Shown here: positions 61,070 to 64,000 of the stretch, one piece after another
Numbering within the stretch: the first letter of the stretch is position 1
How the letters are laid out: each line of letters starts with the position of its first letter
Sequence record: OQ603353.1
Length of the DNA stretch: 64,000 bases
Direction: 5' to 3' (one strand)
The notes under the pieces: model-generated
Database searches by the model: none
What the model was told of the DNA's origin: nothing
Seen by the model: the letters and a program-made list of their open reading frames with translations, nothing else
Translations under genes and position numbers: made by a program

Positions 61070-62959
61070 TCAGGGCCTATCCTTTAGCCCTTTCTTCATC
61101 TTCTGGAGCTTGGCGTCTAGCTCTTTCATTTCCTTGCCTATCGTCTTATCAGCTGGGTTGAGTTTCAGCTTGCGCTTTAGGTAGACGATGCGATTACTCA
61201 TCTTGCGGAGTTCCTCTGGCATGGAAGCCCTGTACTTGGCTACCCGGCTAGCGGTCTGCGTGCGAATCTTGTGCATGTACTCTTCGGGCGTGCCACGAGT
61301 CTCCTTGGCTTCCTCAGATCGTGCATTGTTGACGCTCCACTCTGCATAGTTGCCCAGCGTCTCCATCGTTTCGTGATCCAGAATCGGGAAGTGATTCATT
61401 CTCTTGTGGATCATCTTGGCTAGACCCAGCGTTGGCACGATGGCGAGCATGGCATCCTTGCTTTCGTGATTGCGCATATTGCCACGCCCCAAACTCTGGA
61501 TCGTCTTGGCCACCACGTAATCCTGCTGCGGATCATACTCCGGCATATACGCTTGCATCAACGAGCGCATTACAGGATCAGGATTCACGCCTGCCAAGAA
61601 CACGACGGCGTTGGTACCGATGAAATCGTTGCGCCCTTCCACACGTCCAGTAGAGAACTTACGGAACAGCTTCTCGTTTACCTCCACGTCTTCCAGCGGT
61701 CCCTTGTTCATCAGCAGGAGCGCCTTGTCCTTACATTTGTGTAGCTTACGGAATCGACTGACAAGCTTCTCCGACATTTCCAATTGCCATGCCAGCGGGT
61801 CCAGCTTGAAGTTGGCTTCCTTCAACTTCTTGTGTAGGCGTTGCAGCTTAGGGCCTGCCTTAGCACGGTTGTTCTTGCCCGGATTGCGTAGGAATTCTGA
61901 GAAGGTCTTCAAATCCCGAGACGTTAGGTTCTGTGCGTCTAGCTCTGCCTTGATCGAAGTAATGTGTTCGCGTGGCACCAACAGGTTGTTGGTATTCATC
62001 GACTTGGACGGCATCGAGCTTGTGTTGAGCAATGGCACGATGGTGACTCGGGAATAGTTCTCCAGAATCTTGGCGTTGGCGTTGGCATAGAAGCCTGTAC
62101 CCAGCTGATCGTCGATGAAAGGAATGGTGACATTGCGTACCGTGCCTGCTGCTTCCTTTTCCATCAGGTAGAACATTTGACTGTCCTCAAAATCCGCTGA
62201 CAGAATATATACCGACTTGAAGCCTTGGAAGGGATACGATGGCAGGGTGATACGCATGAACTGTCGCTTCCCTTTGGCTCCCGTCTTCATAGCGCCAAAC
62301 ACCTTCATGCGTCCGTTAGCCCTTTCGGGATCAATGTCGTGCAGAAGCTGCTTGACTTGTAGAACGTACTTCTTCGGCCCCATTGCCTTAATGAGAGCTT
62401 TGCGTTCCGAGGGCTTCACTTCCTCGTTGACAGCCACCTCAAAGATGTTGGTTCCGTTGAGGCGCCTAGTGACGAACAGCTTGTCTAGCAAATGCTTGAC
62501 CGTTGCGTTGAATTCAATCTTGTCGGTCATAGTCACCCACTTGCGCGCCTCGTCAAACAGCACAGTGGTATGCTCAAAAGTTGGATGGGATCGTAGTTGC
62601 AGGAAGGTGGCGTGCGTGATGAACATGATGCTACCGTGCTTGTACGGATTCCCTACGTACAAGCCATTGCCCTTCTTCCAGTTCAGCACCGAATTGACGA
62701 TACTCATCACATTGTCGTTGGTACTGGAATCGCTACCACTGGCAATGTAGTGCAGGAAGGAATGCTGGGATTCTGGCAGCACTCGCTGCACACTCTTGAC
62801 CGTCTGCTCCAGCAATTTCTTGGTGGGAGCGACGTACAGAATATATCCGGGTTTCTTTTTCGCGTGGCCTGCCTCCACATGCTTCCGCATGAATTCCACA
62901 GCAGCCCTAGTTTTGCCCAATCCCGGAGGAGCGGACACAAAGTTGACAGTCAGGGTCAT
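61070..62959 (-). CDS. SF2-type helicase, possible origin-binding/initiator protein
   Basis: APPGLGKT (Walker A), YVAPTKKLLEQ (Ia), FITHATF, LFDEA (Walker B), LSAD (III), QSLGRGNMR (VI). Confidence 0.8.
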   Translation of the reverse strand: MTLTVNFVSAPPGLGKTRAAVEFMRKHVEAGHAKKKPGYILYVAPTKKLLEQTVKSVQRVLPESQHSFLHYIASGSDSSTNDNVMSIVNSVLNWKKGNGLYVGNPYKHGSIMFITHATFLQLRSHPTFEHTTVLFDEARKWVTMTDKIEFNATVKHLLDKLFVTRRLNGTNIFEVAVNEEVKPSERKALIKAMGPKKYVLQVKQLLHDIDPERANGRMKVFGAMKTGAKGKRQFMRITLPSYPFQGFKSVYILSADFEDSQMFYLMEKEAAGTVRNVTIPFIDDQLGTGFYANANAKILENYSRVTIVPLLNTSSMPSKSMNTNNLLVPREHITSIKAELDAQNLTSRDLKTFSEFLRNPGKNNRAKAGPKLQRLHKKLKEANFKLDPLAWQLEMSEKLVSRFRKLHKCKDKALLLMNKGPLEDVEVNEKLFRKFSTGRVEGRNDFIGTNAVVFLAGVNPDPVMRSLMQAYMPEYDPQQDYVVAKTIQSLGRGNMRNHESKDAMLAIVPTLGLAKMIHKRMNHFPILDHETMETLGNYAEWSVNNARSEEAKETRGTPEEYMHKIRTQTASRVAKYRASMPEELRKMSNRIVYLKRKLKLNPADKTIGKEMKELDAKLQKMKKGLKDRP

Positions 62960-63038
62960 AGTGCGTATTTACGCTGTAACGTTACAGTACCTTTACAGGA
63001 TGCCAAAACAGGGCGTTTCGGTAAAAATACTTCCGCCT

Positions 63039-63228
63039 TTAGACACGCCTGCGTTACAGTAAAATCTGAGCAGTCTGAGGGGAAACCGCCGCAGGGGTCG
63101 AAAACGCAGAAACGCGGATCCTTCAATCCCCAGCAATAAAAAACGCGGAGACTTGATGTTTTGACAGAAATTTTATGTAACGTACCCTCCCCTAGAGATA
63201 TTAGACACGCCACCGTTACAGTAAAATC
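63039..63228. repeat. 28-bp direct repeat pair (63039-63066 and 63201-63228)
   Basis: TTAGACACGCCTGCGTTACAGTAAAATC vs TTAGACACGCCACCGTTACAGTAAAATC (2 mismatches). Confidence 0.9.
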
Positions 63229-63242
63229 GTCTTTTCAGGTGA

Positions 63243-63282
63243 AAACCCCACCCCAAAGGGGCCAGCCTTTGGGGTGGGGTTT
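63243..63282. repeat. Perfect 17-bp inverted repeat with 6-nt spacer
   Basis: AAACCCCACCCCAAAGG-GGCCAG-CCTTTGGGGTGGGGTTT. Confidence 0.9.
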
Positions 63283-63837
63283 CGTACCCAGGTACACATC
63301 AGGAATCTCTAGCTCTACGTTTCTATGAAATCCCCACTAAGGCACAAACCTAGGAATGGCTCCGGCCTCCGGCCTTCTCCATTCGTACAGGTTGTTCTTA
63401 GGGGGAATGCCTTTTCGCTTACGCGATCCTCCCTGATTCAGCCTCTAGAGAACGAAATCCTCTAAAATCACCGCGTTTTTCGTAGTTTACCCTGTAGCTG
63501 GTAAGCCGGAGGCCCAAACTCCGGGTAGTTTAGGGTCCAACCTCCTAAAAATGGTTCCAGAACCTACATTTTCCTGCCTGCGTTTCCGGCAGTTCTGCCC
63601 TTACGGAACCACCCCGCACGGGTCAGGATCGACCCAGGAGGGTCAGAATGGGTCCAGAAGGCCAAAATCGCCTAGGATCGAGCATATCTACGCTGGATGC
63701 ACGCTGTTTTCTCGCAATTTGAGTGTACGAGGGCGATAGAACCCCTCAGCCTACCATCACCTGCTCTGGCGTTGTCCGGGTTGGGGTGGAAATTGTGTCA
63801 TAACAACTTACGGACAACTTCAACTGAGGAACACGTT

Positions 63838-64000
63838 GTGAATCTCATTCCAACTGTTTTTGCTTCACAGAAGCCGTCCCTTCCCAGCGCTGAGGTTGCT
63901 TTCGCTTCCTTTGGCTGCGAAGGCTGCGGCAACCACTTCTCGGTGCAGGCCAGCATGAGCACTCCGTTCTGCGTTCTGTGTGGTTGCGACAATACCACTC
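63838..64000 (+). CDS. Zinc-ribbon protein, 5' part (runs off the window)
   Basis: GAGGA RBS, GTG 63838, MNLIPTVF...FGCEGCGNHFSVQASMSTPFCVLCGCDNTT; not in the ORF track because there is no stop. Confidence 0.7.
   Translation, partial: MNLIPTVFASQKPSLPSAEVAFASFGCEGCGNHFSVQASMSTPFCVLCGCDNTT

Larger units (their letters stand above)
62960..63837. other. Non-coding strand-switch region, candidate replication origin
   Basis: No credible ORF; direct and inverted repeats and A/T runs; divergent genes on either side. Confidence 0.55.

Noticed and set aside
63798-63998. Minus-strand 66-aa ORF
   Set aside because: The plus strand has an RBS, GTG and a CxxC-x14-CxxC ORF over the same bases, which is the better call.
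1-64000. CRISPR array, tRNA/rRNA genes, integrase or transposase, introns or inteins, stop-codon recoding
   Set aside because: No regularly spaced repeat-spacer array, no T-loop/anticodon cloverleaf, no recombinase motifs. Core genes are uninterrupted and of normal length, and all three stops end genes at coupled junctions.

Overview
This window looks like part of a large (jumbo-type), fairly GC-rich bacteriophage genome, probably from a proteobacterial host. The host and phage group are inferred from gene content and not proven. Genes run almost without gaps on the minus strand from about 62,960 down past base 1. A ~880 bp non-coding, repeat-rich region follows (candidate replication origin), and a plus-strand zinc-ribbon gene starts at 63,838. 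Recognisable core genes: type II topoisomerase A and B subunits, NAD+-dependent DNA ligase, an SF2-type helicase, acyl carrier protein, a histone-H1-like polyampholyte, CsrA, TraR/DksA, a PC4-like protein, lytic transglycosylase, an L,D-transpeptidase-like protein, SPFH and a prepilin-like protein. Two accessory systems stand out. (1) A ubiquitin-like conjugation module (Ubl ending in GG, a Cys-flanked E2-like protein, and a ThiF/E1) at 7.8-11.7 kb. (2) A 10-gene modification operon at 27.0-36.9 kb. It combines Gat-QueC, a glycosyltransferase with GTDC1/QTMAN-like motifs, a PIG-L deacetylase, a Gfo/Idh/MocA oxidoreductase, three FemAB-like GNAT paralogues and an L/F-tRNA-protein transferase homologue. 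Non-coding structure includes four copies of an early-promoter cassette with a conserved leader and co-varying inverted arms, a seven-copy CTGTAAATA promoter-like motif, a compact four-way-junction RNA upstream of csrA, and CsrA consensus sites around csrA. All family assignments come from motif recognition by eye; no database searches were run. Where start codons differ from the ORF track, they were moved to the start with an RBS or gene overlap.
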